The notes below the pieces were generated by a model that was given only the letters and a program-made list of their open reading frames with translations, made no database searches and had not been told where the DNA came from. Source: a bacterium (GTDB taxonomy: Bacteria > Patescibacteriota > Minisyncoccia > UBA6257 > GWB1-50-10). From it: a stretch of 64,000 bases of DNA. Positions 56,303-64,000 of the stretch are shown here, piece by piece. Made by a program: the position numbers and the translations under genes. Every line of letters starts with the position of its first letter. The stretch's first letter is position 1. The stretch is from positions 21,858 through 85,857 of the forward strand of contig JAUSKB010000011.1 in assembly GCA_030647415.1 (NCBI GenBank), written 5' to 3'.

Positions 56303-58813
56303 TTAGAGTTTTCTGATTATCTCCCAATTCCCCTTCTCGGCGAGGTCGATCAACACATCCATGTCGTCCGCGATACTCGGGAACGTGCCCTTCATGAATT
56401 TTGCGAGTGCCGCGAAATGCTCTTGGTCCTTTTGGTCAGCATAACGCTTGAGTGCCAGCGTGTAGGTCTCCTGGTCGAGCGCGACAGGCAATGCGCCGCG
56501 CATGCTCCGGTCGATGAGTAATATAAGTTGGTCGTTCTCGCCCAAGCTCGCATAGAGCATGCCGAGTGTCCGAAAATCGGTGTTCATGAGCGTGTTGAGA
56601 CGGGGATTGAGGCGTTCCACCTCGGCGAGCTCCCGCTTCGCCTCATCCTTTTGCCCGCCCGCGTCGAGCATGAGCCCGAGGTGGAAGTGGGCGCGCGCGA
56701 CACGGGTATCAAGCGCGACCCCGCGACGGGCGATGGTAATCGACTCGTCCACCCTCCCCTGTCCGGCGAGATTGAATGCAAGTAGGTAGAAAAGCTCTTG
56801 GCGGGTCGGCGAGAGCTCGAGCGCCTTCCGCAGGTACAGCTCCGCCTTCGCGTAGTACGACTCATCGTCGCGCGCCATCGCGTGGAGCATCGTCGCGTAC
56901 CGGATGTAGTAGCGCACATCGTAGACCGGCTCCCGATCAATCATCTCCTTGGCCCCGGCGAGCAGGAGGTCCCCGACCGCCTTGAACTTCGGGTTCTGCC
57001 GATACGGGTCGTACAGGAAGTACTGATCCTGGTAGATGTTGTCGATACCGACGCCTCGAATATCCTTTTGCGCATAGGTTGTCGGGTACATGCCATCCCG
57101 GAGCCGCGCCGTTACCTTCTTGATATCACCGAGGCCCGGCGACTCCTTGTACGCTCGCGCCTGCGCGTAGGGCAGGGCATTCACGAAGTAGATGCCGCCG
57201 ATGGCGGCAACAAACAACAAACAACAAACAACAAACAACGCATACCGACGGAGCGGGGATGCCGGCGCGGCAGAAACTGACGATAGCGATGCAGGCTCGC
57301 ACCCGCCTGCCCACTTCGCCGGAGCTTCAGCGAGGCGAGCTGGTGAGGTGGGGCGTGCAGCCCACGCAACAAACACCGCAAACGTCAGGTATGAGACTAC
57401 TTGGTCGAAGAGGACGAGATTTTGGACGACATACGAGACGAGGAAGCCGAGGAGAACCGCTCGGACCGCGCCGGCATTCCGCCGCCAGATCAATGCGCCG
57501 AGCGCGACGAGGAGCGAGACGTATGCCACCGTGCCAACGACCCCCTGCGTGACGAGGAGGTCAAACACCTTGCTGTGCGCGCGGTCGAGCCATGTCTCGC
57601 CGTAGTACGCGAATGCGGGGTCGTAATGGCGCTCATACGCGGTGATGTAGTGTTCTGGTCCCCACCCGAGTACCGGCTTTTCGAGGAATGCCTTCCAGCT
57701 GACTCGCCAAGTAATAAGCCGCGTCTCCGTTGAGGCGTCCGACAGGGACTCCTCCGCGGTTACCGCGAGGCGGTTCAATCCGGGAATCGACTGCCACAGC
57801 GGCGCCGTCCGCGTTGTCCAAAAGACGCCCGCGAATACGAAAAGTGCAGCAAGAAGCATGCCCGCGCGAATTCGCCGTCGCTGAACCGAAATATCACCAC
57901 GGTCGCCCCTCTGGAAAAGAGTGAGCACGAGCGCCACGACACCCCCCACCGCAAGGCCGAGCATCGCGCCGCGGGTGCCGGTGAGGAACACAGTGAGCGC
58001 GCCGAGGCCGATCGTCGCGAACGCAAACCACCGCCAGGCGCGCACCAAAAAGAAAAGGGGCAGAGGCGAGATGAGGCGAGACCTTAAAGGAATTCCAAGG
58101 TCTCGCCTCGGGACTGATCTCGCCTCTGTCTCTTTTCTTTTATCTTTTCCCCACACCGACATCCACGCGAACACCATTACAAAGAGGGCGTACGTCGCGA
58201 GGAAGGCGGGGTTCCCGATGAACGATTCGGCGCGATCCTGCGCATGGCGGGCAAATGGAACCCAGGTGATACCGAAGTGCTGGAAAAGACCGTAGAGAAA
58301 AACGACGAACCCGACAAGGACCGTGAGCTTGAGATACCGGCTCCAGTCGCGCGGTCGGAAAAGGGCAAGGAGGAGGCCGCCGAACGTAATGACGTGCATG
58401 ATGCCGATAACCCCCTCCCCTCGCTCGATGTCGCCCCAGAAGGCGCGATAGGGGTCGAGAGAAAACGCCATCGAGATGACAAGGGAAAAAAGAAAAAGGA
58501 TAAGGGAAATACCAAGGGGACTCTTAATCGCTTTCCACGCCTCGGCTCGGGACGGAAGCCCGATGAATCCCGAGGCGAGACGAGGCGAGACCTTAAGGGA
58601 ATTCCAAGGTCTCGCCTCGGGGTTGGTCTCGCCTCGCACCAACGTCCACGCGACAGAAAGCGCGACACAGGCGAGCGCGAGCTCAACGAGCGTCCGGAAG
58701 AGGGCAAGCTTCGGGAAGGCGTAGGGGAAAAAGACGCTCGAATCGATGACAAGCGGCACGAGCACGGTCGCGGTGAGAAACCATCGAGCGAGCGTGAGGA
58801 GACGGCGGGGCAT
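56303..58813 (-). CDS. O-antigen ligase / Wzy_C-family membrane protein fused to C-terminal TPR repeats. It carries two in-frame family B repeat insertions.
   Basis: ATG at 58813 (MPRRLLTLARWFLTATVLV). The Wzy_C region is LTGTRGAMLGLAVGG. The C-terminal 300 aa are TPR-like (YYAKAELYLRKALELSP...). The track ORF extends to 59074 through repeat sequence. Confidence 0.7.
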   Translation of the reverse strand: MPRRLLTLARWFLTATVLVPLVIDSSVFFPYAFPKLALFRTLVELALACVALSVAWTLVRGETNPEARPWNSLKVSPRLASGFIGLPSRAEAWKAIKSPLGISLILFLFSLVISMAFSLDPYRAFWGDIERGEGVIGIMHVITFGGLLLALFRPRDWSRYLKLTVLVGFVVFLYGLFQHFGITWVPFARHAQDRAESFIGNPAFLATYALFVMVFAWMSVWGKDKRKETEARSVPRRDLGIPLRSRLISPLPLFFLVRAWRWFAFATIGLGALTVFLTGTRGAMLGLAVGGVVALVLTLFQRGDRGDISVQRRRIRAGMLLAALFVFAGVFWTTRTAPLWQSIPGLNRLAVTAEESLSDASTETRLITWRVSWKAFLEKPVLGWGPEHYITAYERHYDPAFAYYGETWLDRAHSKVFDLLVTQGVVGTVAYVSLLVALGALIWRRNAGAVRAVLLGFLVSYVVQNLVLFDQVVSYLTFAVFVAWAARPTSPARLAEAPAKWAGGCEPASLSSVSAAPASPLRRYALFVVCCLLFVAAIGGIYFVNALPYAQARAYKESPGLGDIKKVTARLRDGMYPTTYAQKDIRGVGIDNIYQDQYFLYDPYRQNPKFKAVGDLLLAGAKEMIDREPVYDVRYYIRYATMLHAMARDDESYYAKAELYLRKALELSPTRQELFYLLAFNLAGQGRVDESITIARRGVALDTRVARAHFHLGLMLDAGGQKDEAKRELAEVERLNPRLNTLMNTDFRTLGMLYASLGENDQLILLIDRSMRGALPVALDQETYTLALKRYADQKDQEHFAALAKFMKGTFPSIADDMDVLIDLAEKGNWEIIRKL

Positions 58814-58978
58814 GGGGTCAATTATGGAGGAAAAAGGATAAAAGAAAAGAGATGGGAAAGACCAGAGGCGAGAGACCAGAGACGAGAGACGGGTAACACC
58901 GAATACGGGCCCAGAGGCGAGACGAGGCGAGACCTTAAGGGAATTCCAAGGTCTCGCCTCGGGACCGGTCTCGCCTCT
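58062..58978. repeat. Family B palindromic element of about 60 bp, (GAGACGAG)GCGAGACCTTAAGGGAATTCCAAGGTCTCGCCTCGGG..GGTCTCGCCTC, in three copies.
   Basis: Copies at 58062-58126 and 58571-58636 lie inside the CDS, encoding ...EARPWNSLKVSPRLASG... and ...RRDLGIPLRSRLISP.... The copy at 58913-58978 lies in the 5' region. Each has 14-bp inverted arms around GGAATTCC. Confidence 0.7.
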
Positions 58979-59222
58979 CCCGCGACACACCCCGAAGCAC
59001 GTTCGATATATTATTCTCCAAAATACCTGATTTATTCCTCGGCAGCGCCTTCGGCTTACGTATTCAAAACACAAACTATACCCTGAACGTGCAACGGGGT
59101 TCCCGTGGCTGAAACCTCGCCCCGCCAGCCGGCGGGGCTCGGGAAGCCACCGGAAAACTCACCCCCCTCCGACCTAGGTCGGAGGGGGGATGCCGATGCA
59201 GTCAGTACCGGAAGCAGAAGAA

Positions 59223-62200
59223 CTAGTTGTTCTTCGTCGAGAACGAGTCGGACGGCAGCGTCTTCACAAACACGCTGTTCGCCCAGTCCGAAGTCGACTC
59301 CGTGTGACCCACCGCCGAGTTGTCCGACCAGATGAAGGACGGCGCACCGTCGTTGTTCGCGCCGCCGAGGCTGGTTTCAACAGCCGCGGCAGTCGTCGCC
59401 GCAACGAGCGTCGTCTCCGTCTGGTTGAGCTTGACCGACGCGTTCGCGCCGCCCGACCCTGACGCAACAAGGTCAGAGAAGGTGAGCGCAACTTCGTAGG
59501 TCTTCGATGAACCAGCCGCGATGTCCTCCGCGGTGTTCAGGATGAGCGTCACGAACCCGGACGTAGCAGGCACGATCGCCGACGTACTTGAAGTCGTCGC
59601 CGACGTACCCGAGAAGGCCGAGGCGATGTTCAGGTTCGAAGAACCGATCGGCTTCAACGTGACGTTACCCGACGTGCCCGGAACGGCGTTCACCGCCGTC
59701 ATGGTCGCACCGCTCATCGTGACCGCGAGCTGAACCTTCTTCCACGACACCTGCTCGGCAGAATCTGCCGCAACGGTGAAGCGGATGATGGGGGTCAGGG
59801 TCGCGCCGAGGGTCGCACCAGCCGAAGCGACCGTGATGGTCGGCTTCGTCTTGTACGCGACCTTCTGGAAGCCCGTCGCCGCCGTGACGGTCGTGTCAAG
59901 CGCCGATGCGCCCTGCGCCTCGAAGTTCGCGGCCATAACGCTCGCGTAGACCGAGGCACCCGAGTCCGCACCGTTCGAGAAGGAGTTCATGACTCCCTTC
60001 ACGACGAGCGTCTTCGAGGTGTCCTTCGGGATGTTCCACCCGAGGGTTTCAATCACCGCCACACCCGAGCTGTCACCCGAGGCCTGGACGGTGTATCCCG
60101 CCGCCGAGCCGACAGCCGCGCCGTTCGTGTCGTAGAGCTTCACGACCGGCACCTCGTCCGTAGACGCGCCCGAGGTTGCAGTCGCCGAACTCGTGGGAAC
60201 CACGAGGAGCTGGAGCTTGTTCACGGTCATGTCCTCGTTCGTCGCCGTGAAGCGGAACTTCCCGATGACGTTCTCGCGACCCATGATGACGATGCCCGCT
60301 TCGGACTCGGTGTCCGACGGAGCCGTCACCACCGTCACGTCGCCCACGTTGGCGACCGAGACCAGGACCGTACCACCCGAGTTCGCCGCGGTTCCCGTGA
60401 GGGAAACGGCGTTCCCCTCCACGTCGTACGCGGAGATGTTCGCAGACGAAACTGCGGCGATGTAGAACTTGTACACATCACCCACGGTGTCCGACGCCGA
60501 GACATTCCCACGGAGCGTGAGAATTTTCGTCACGCCTGACTCGATCGTGTAGTTCAACGAGTCAAACGTCGCGTCGATGTTCGTGGTGTCGAGCGACTTG
60601 AAGGACGAAATCCGGTTCGTGCCGTCGTAGAGCGCAAGGCTCTGGACGTCACCCGAGTTGAGCGTCCCACTGGTCGCCGAACCCGTCACCTTGATGGTAT
60701 CGATGCGCACCTTGCCCGCGACAGCCCGGAAGCTGAAGCCGGCGAGCGCGACATCGCTCTTGCCTTTCACGTAGGTCTGCGACGTTGGCGTCGAAGACAA
60801 CTGCGTGTCGAGTGAGAGCGCCTTCACCGTCAACGTGTTCCCTGAAATCGTGCTGTTCGGCACGATAACCGAGGTCGCGACGTAGGTGTTGTTATCCAGG
60901 TTCCGAACATCATTCGACTGGAAGGCGAGGAGGTGTACCCGCACGGTCCCGTTCGAGCTGTTCGTGGAGTCCACGTCAGCCGTAACCTTGAACCGCTTGG
61001 ATGTCCCGGCCGAGAGGTTGATGACGTCGGTGAAGGTGACGTTCGTGGACGATGCCGTCGTGACGTTCACCGCCGAGGTAATCAGCGAGTTCCCTGCCGT
61101 GTCCCACACCTTGAAGTCGTTGTAGAGCGCGATCGTACCCGTCGAGGAGACGTTGAACCGGAGGTTCCGGATTTCAACGTTGTTCTGCGAGGCAATCGTG
61201 AAGTCGTAGAGCATCGCGTCCTGCTGGCGGAGGGTGACGTCGCCCGTCACCGGACCGTTGAAGGTGATGGTGAGCTCGCCGCCCGCGACCGTCAGCGTGT
61301 CCGCCTCGCCAGTCGTGTCGATACCCGTGATGTCAGGAAGCACGGGGTAGCCGTAGGTCTTCCCGATCGCGTAGACATCCGACGCGCTGTCGAAGTAAAA
61401 CACGATGGTGTCCGCAGACCGGGTCGTACCCGAGATGTCCGCGTATACCTCAAAGGTGCGCTGCTGACCCTTCTCGAGGAGGAACGGCGTCGTGAAGTTA
61501 AACACGGCGAGGTCCTTCGCGCCGATCGAGGCCGCCGTCGCAACGACGTTCCCGCCCTGCTTCAACATGAAGTTAGACAGGTTTTCGTTCGCGATGGAAC
61601 CACCTTCGGTAATAGCGATACGCTGGACCACGATGTCCTCCGTCGAGCTCGCCTGGAGCATAAACTCCGCGAGCTTCGCACCCTGCTGACCCACCTTAGG
61701 GTTCGAGGGCGCAGCGCCAGAGGTCACGGCAACGCCGCCAACCACCTGGCCGCCGATGGACATCTCATTCCCCATGAGCACTCCGGTCGGGTTTGGCGTC
61801 CCCGCCGCGGAAACGAGCGAGAAGTAGTTCCGGTTCGAAGCAGTCGCGGAACTTGAGATATCCGCCACGAGCGAGAGGGTCTTCACGCCTGCAACCGCAA
61901 TGTTCAGGTTCAGGAAGGTGACCTCGTGCGTCGTGGAGTTGATGCTCCGGCCGTTGGTGAGACGGGTCATACCATCGTAGAGGTAGATGCCCGCCGAGCC
62001 GAAGTCGGATGTCGAACCGATGCCGAGCCGCTTGAAGGTGAGCGAGGAGAGCGTGCCGGTCCCCGAAACGTTGAATTTGAGGAAGACGACGCCCGTCGCA
62101 CCCTTCGGAATCGACTGTGCAATCGGGTTGTCAGCCGCGAGGCTGACGCTAAAGCCGGACGGAGCCGGGCCGGGGCCTGGGCCTGGACCTGGACCGGGGC

Positions 62201-62621
62201 CTGGTGTTACCACACTATTCATTGCTGCGCGGCTTATCGGACCGAAGTATCCCACCCAGGGCGAGATGTTCGCGTCCTTCTGCCATGCGGCGACCGCAGC
62301 TTTCGTCATCGGGCCGAAGAAGCCCGTTGGCGCGCTGATCTTCAGATACCCCTTGCTGATAAGCACGTTCTGCAACGCAGTGACGTCAGCTCCCTTGCTG
62401 CCGAGTGTGAGGTTCACGGCAAACTGGTATGACGACGCGGCGGGAGTTCCGCCCTGGTTCCCGAGCTGTGCCTGCAAAGCGTTAATCTGAGCCAGCAATG
62501 CTGCAATCTGCGCCTGGAGGTCCGCATTTGTCTGTGCGAACGCGGGCGCGACACCGGAGAGGGAAATGGCCGTAACGACCGCAATCCCGACCGATGCAAT
62601 CTTCGTTGAAAGCTTACTCAT
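59223..62621 (-). CDS. Giant secreted surface protein (about 1130 aa). It has a signal peptide, a coiled-coil, a PG_binding_1 anchor, a (PG)n linker and multiple Ig-like beta-sandwich repeats.
   Basis: ATG at 62621 gives MSKLSTKIASVGIAVVTAISLSGVAPAFA. Then QAQIAALLAQINALQAQL, then GSKGADVTALQNVLISKGY...AAVAAWQ, then PGPGPGPGPGPGP. Thr/Ser/Ala-rich. Confidence 0.75.
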   Translation of the reverse strand: MSKLSTKIASVGIAVVTAISLSGVAPAFAQTNADLQAQIAALLAQINALQAQLGNQGGTPAASSYQFAVNLTLGSKGADVTALQNVLISKGYLKISAPTGFFGPMTKAAVAAWQKDANISPWVGYFGPISRAAMNSVVTPGPGPGPGPGPGPAPSGFSVSLAADNPIAQSIPKGATGVVFLKFNVSGTGTLSSLTFKRLGIGSTSDFGSAGIYLYDGMTRLTNGRSINSTTHEVTFLNLNIAVAGVKTLSLVADISSSATASNRNYFSLVSAAGTPNPTGVLMGNEMSIGGQVVGGVAVTSGAAPSNPKVGQQGAKLAEFMLQASSTEDIVVQRIAITEGGSIANENLSNFMLKQGGNVVATAASIGAKDLAVFNFTTPFLLEKGQQRTFEVYADISGTTRSADTIVFYFDSASDVYAIGKTYGYPVLPDITGIDTTGEADTLTVAGGELTITFNGPVTGDVTLRQQDAMLYDFTIASQNNVEIRNLRFNVSSTGTIALYNDFKVWDTAGNSLITSAVNVTTASSTNVTFTDVINLSAGTSKRFKVTADVDSTNSSNGTVRVHLLAFQSNDVRNLDNNTYVATSVIVPNSTISGNTLTVKALSLDTQLSSTPTSQTYVKGKSDVALAGFSFRAVAGKVRIDTIKVTGSATSGTLNSGDVQSLALYDGTNRISSFKSLDTTNIDATFDSLNYTIESGVTKILTLRGNVSASDTVGDVYKFYIAAVSSANISAYDVEGNAVSLTGTAANSGGTVLVSVANVGDVTVVTAPSDTESEAGIVIMGRENVIGKFRFTATNEDMTVNKLQLLVVPTSSATATSGASTDEVPVVKLYDTNGAAVGSAAGYTVQASGDSSGVAVIETLGWNIPKDTSKTLVVKGVMNSFSNGADSGASVYASVMAANFEAQGASALDTTVTAATGFQKVAYKTKPTITVASAGATLGATLTPIIRFTVAADSAEQVSWKKVQLAVTMSGATMTAVNAVPGTSGNVTLKPIGSSNLNIASAFSGTSATTSSTSAIVPATSGFVTLILNTAEDIAAGSSKTYEVALTFSDLVASGSGGANASVKLNQTETTLVAATTAAAVETSLGGANNDGAPSFIWSDNSAVGHTESTSDWANSVFVKTLPSDSFSTKNN

Positions 62622-63016
62622 TATGTTGTTTGTTTTAGTTATTTTTGACTCACTCCTTTTTTTCCCATCTGGCAGAGTCGTCCAGACGGAATATATCGAC
62701 CTTTTTTCAGGAATCACCGCACGCGCTCGTCGTCGCAACTTCCCTGGAGTGAGGATCGGGAGTGCTGGAGCGCACACGATGGGCAGTATCAAAAGAAAAA
62801 GCCTCGCTTCGGGTGCTCCGAACGAGGCGAACAATGCCGCATGACGGCAAAACCCTGCCCCATCTGGCATCGGGGCATCGGGTCGCCGAAAAACGAGCTT
62901 CGCCTCACACGAAGCAGATGATACCTACCGCTCAAAAGTTCAGTCGTTTACAGTATTTTCAGCGGGTATCACTAGAGAAAACGACCGAATGACCGCATTG
63001 TTACGGAGTAATCGCT

Positions 63017-63095
63017 AATAATGCGAATGTAACTCAAATAATGCGAATAAATGCGCATTTCATTCGCATTATTACTCTGCTATTCGCATTATTCG
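63017..63095. promoter_or_regulatory. AT-rich nested palindrome (AATAATGCGAATAAATGCGCATTTCATTCGCATTATT with flanking extra arm copies). It sits upstream of the surface-protein gene and downstream of 63105..63878.
   Basis: Arms AATAATGCGAA/TTCGCATTATT around a near-palindromic centre AAATGCGCATTT. Additional copies of each arm lie at 63017-30 and 63081-95. Confidence 0.4.
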
Positions 63096-63104
63096 CGATT
63101 ACTC

Positions 63105-63878
63105 CTAGATGGACCACGGAACCGTGGAGAAGAGGAGGAGCGTCCCGAGGACGCCGGCGAGGACCCCCTTCAGAACGGTCGTACGGGTAATCTCCCCGAG
63201 CGCCGCGAGGGAAATGGCCTCTCGGGCAAGCACGACGACCAATGTTGTGAAAAGCGCCTGCCCGAGCACGGTGAGCGGTAGAAGCCCGGCAATGAGGATG
63301 GTCTGGAACGAAAGGAGCGCGAGCACACCAGCGGCGAGTATGGCATGATGCCGCGTGAGGCGGGGAGACCGATGCCGAAACCGCTCATAGTACACCGCGG
63401 CGATGATTCCCACAGTCCCGAGACGGACCGCAAGTATCTGAATAAGATTCGCCGAGACGCCTACCGAGCTCGTGAGGAGCGCGGCGATGACCACGACCTC
63501 CATCGTGAACACCGTCTCGAGGAGCCCTGCCGTGAGGGAAGTGTGCCGAACGACAAGCCGGGCGATTGCCGATACTGCTCCCACCGCCGCGGCGGAGGCA
63601 ACCGCCCATACGAGGAGTGCGAGCGTGTTGAACCCGGAAACGACCGGGAGCGGCAGGAGCACGCCGAAAACTACGGCGAACCCCAAAACCGCGGCGCCGC
63701 TCCGCGGGGGTGCGGCGAGGAATACGAGTGTGAGGAGCGCCGCGGCGGCGAGGAATACGAGCCACCAGGGTGCCCCGGCAAAACCCACGAGCGCGAGTAT
63801 GAGCGCCGCGAGCGCCGCTCTACCGAACGAGTGCCACGGTTCGGTCCTTGGTAAGAATCGCCTGAATCTTTCCACCAT
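63105..63878 (-). CDS. Hypothetical polytopic membrane protein. Its start is uncertain, because the ORF overlaps the 3' end of the clpB-like gene by about 59 nt.
   Basis: The hydrophobic Ala/Leu-rich ORF could be partly a GC-rich artefact. Confidence 0.35.
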   Translation of the reverse strand: MVERFRRFLPRTEPWHSFGRAALAALILALVGFAGAPWWLVFLAAAALLTLVFLAAPPRSGAAVLGFAVVFGVLLPLPVVSGFNTLALLVWAVASAAAVGAVSAIARLVVRHTSLTAGLLETVFTMEVVVIAALLTSSVGVSANLIQILAVRLGTVGIIAAVYYERFRHRSPRLTRHHAILAAGVLALLSFQTILIAGLLPLTVLGQALFTTLVVVLAREAISLAALGEITRTTVLKGVLAGVLGTLLLFSTVPWSI

Positions 63879-64000
63879 GCGTGATTTCCCCCTTCACAAA
63901 TCGGTCCGCGAGCGCGTCGACGATGACCTTCTCGATGAGCCGTTTCACCGGTCGCGCGCCGTAATTCGGGTCGAACCCGTGCTCCACGAGGTAGGCGCGG
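63820..64000 (-). CDS. clpB: Partial Hsp100/Clp ATPase (ClpB/ClpC family). Only the C-terminal end lies in the window; the 5' end runs off the window end.
   Basis: The translated C-terminus is RAYLVEHGFDPNYGARPVKRLIEKVIVDALADRFVKGEITHGGKIQAILTKDRTVALVR, then a stop. Compare ClpB ...YDPVYGARPLKRAIQ...GKVIRLEV.... Confidence 0.7.
   Translation of the reverse strand, partial: RAYLVEHGFDPNYGARPVKRLIEKVIVDALADRFVKGEITHGGKIQAILTKDRTVALVR

Noticed and set aside
58244-59086. A 280-aa plus-strand ORF with a triple GETRRDLKGIPRSRLG repeat.
   Set aside because: It is built entirely from the antisense of the family B palindromic elements and the Wzy_C gene. It is highly charged. The real gene is on the minus strand.
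60933-61856. A 307-aa plus-strand ORF, along with 61926..62490, within the surface-protein gene.
   Set aside because: Arg/Asp/Val-rich antisense shadows.
63345-63854. A 169-aa plus-strand ORF opposite the membrane-protein ORF.
   Set aside because: Extremely charged (Glu/Arg/Gly) low-complexity sequence, typical of a GC-rich artefact.

Overview
This 64-kb window is high-GC (about 60%) with several low-GC inserts. It comes from an uncultivated-type bacterium. A CPR/Patescibacteria-like origin is a weak guess based on DUF559, leaderless or TTG starts, and PG-anchored giant surface proteins. The dominant feature is a glycan biosynthesis cluster of about 43 kb (9.3 to 52.3 kb). It holds an initiating polyprenyl-phosphate sugar transferase, two Wzx-type flippases, 8 to 9 GT4/GT2 glycosyltransferases, and a complete GDP-D-glycero-D-manno-heptose pathway (gmhA, hddA, gmhB, hddC). 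It also holds a GDP-6-deoxyhexose branch (gmd, reductase, C-methyltransferase), UDP-GlcNAc 2-epimerase, two nucleotide-sugar dehydrogenases, 4 to 5 SAM methyltransferases, an AsnB-type amidotransferase, and an odd nucleotide-phosphatase/kinase module. Giant Ser/Thr-rich secreted surface proteins with PG_binding_1 anchors flank the cluster. Next to the cluster sit two tandem Wzy_C (O-antigen-ligase-like) membrane proteins, one fused to TPR repeats, pointing to a surface-protein O-glycosylation locus. Sequence oddities include two families of palindromic MITE/REP-like repeats inserted in-frame inside coding sequences, a shared inverted-repeat motif at both cluster edges, gene 5' and 3' stub duplications, a Fic/HTH gene, a DUF559 endonuclease cassette, and low-GC insertions. 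No rRNA, tRNA or CRISPR array was detected.
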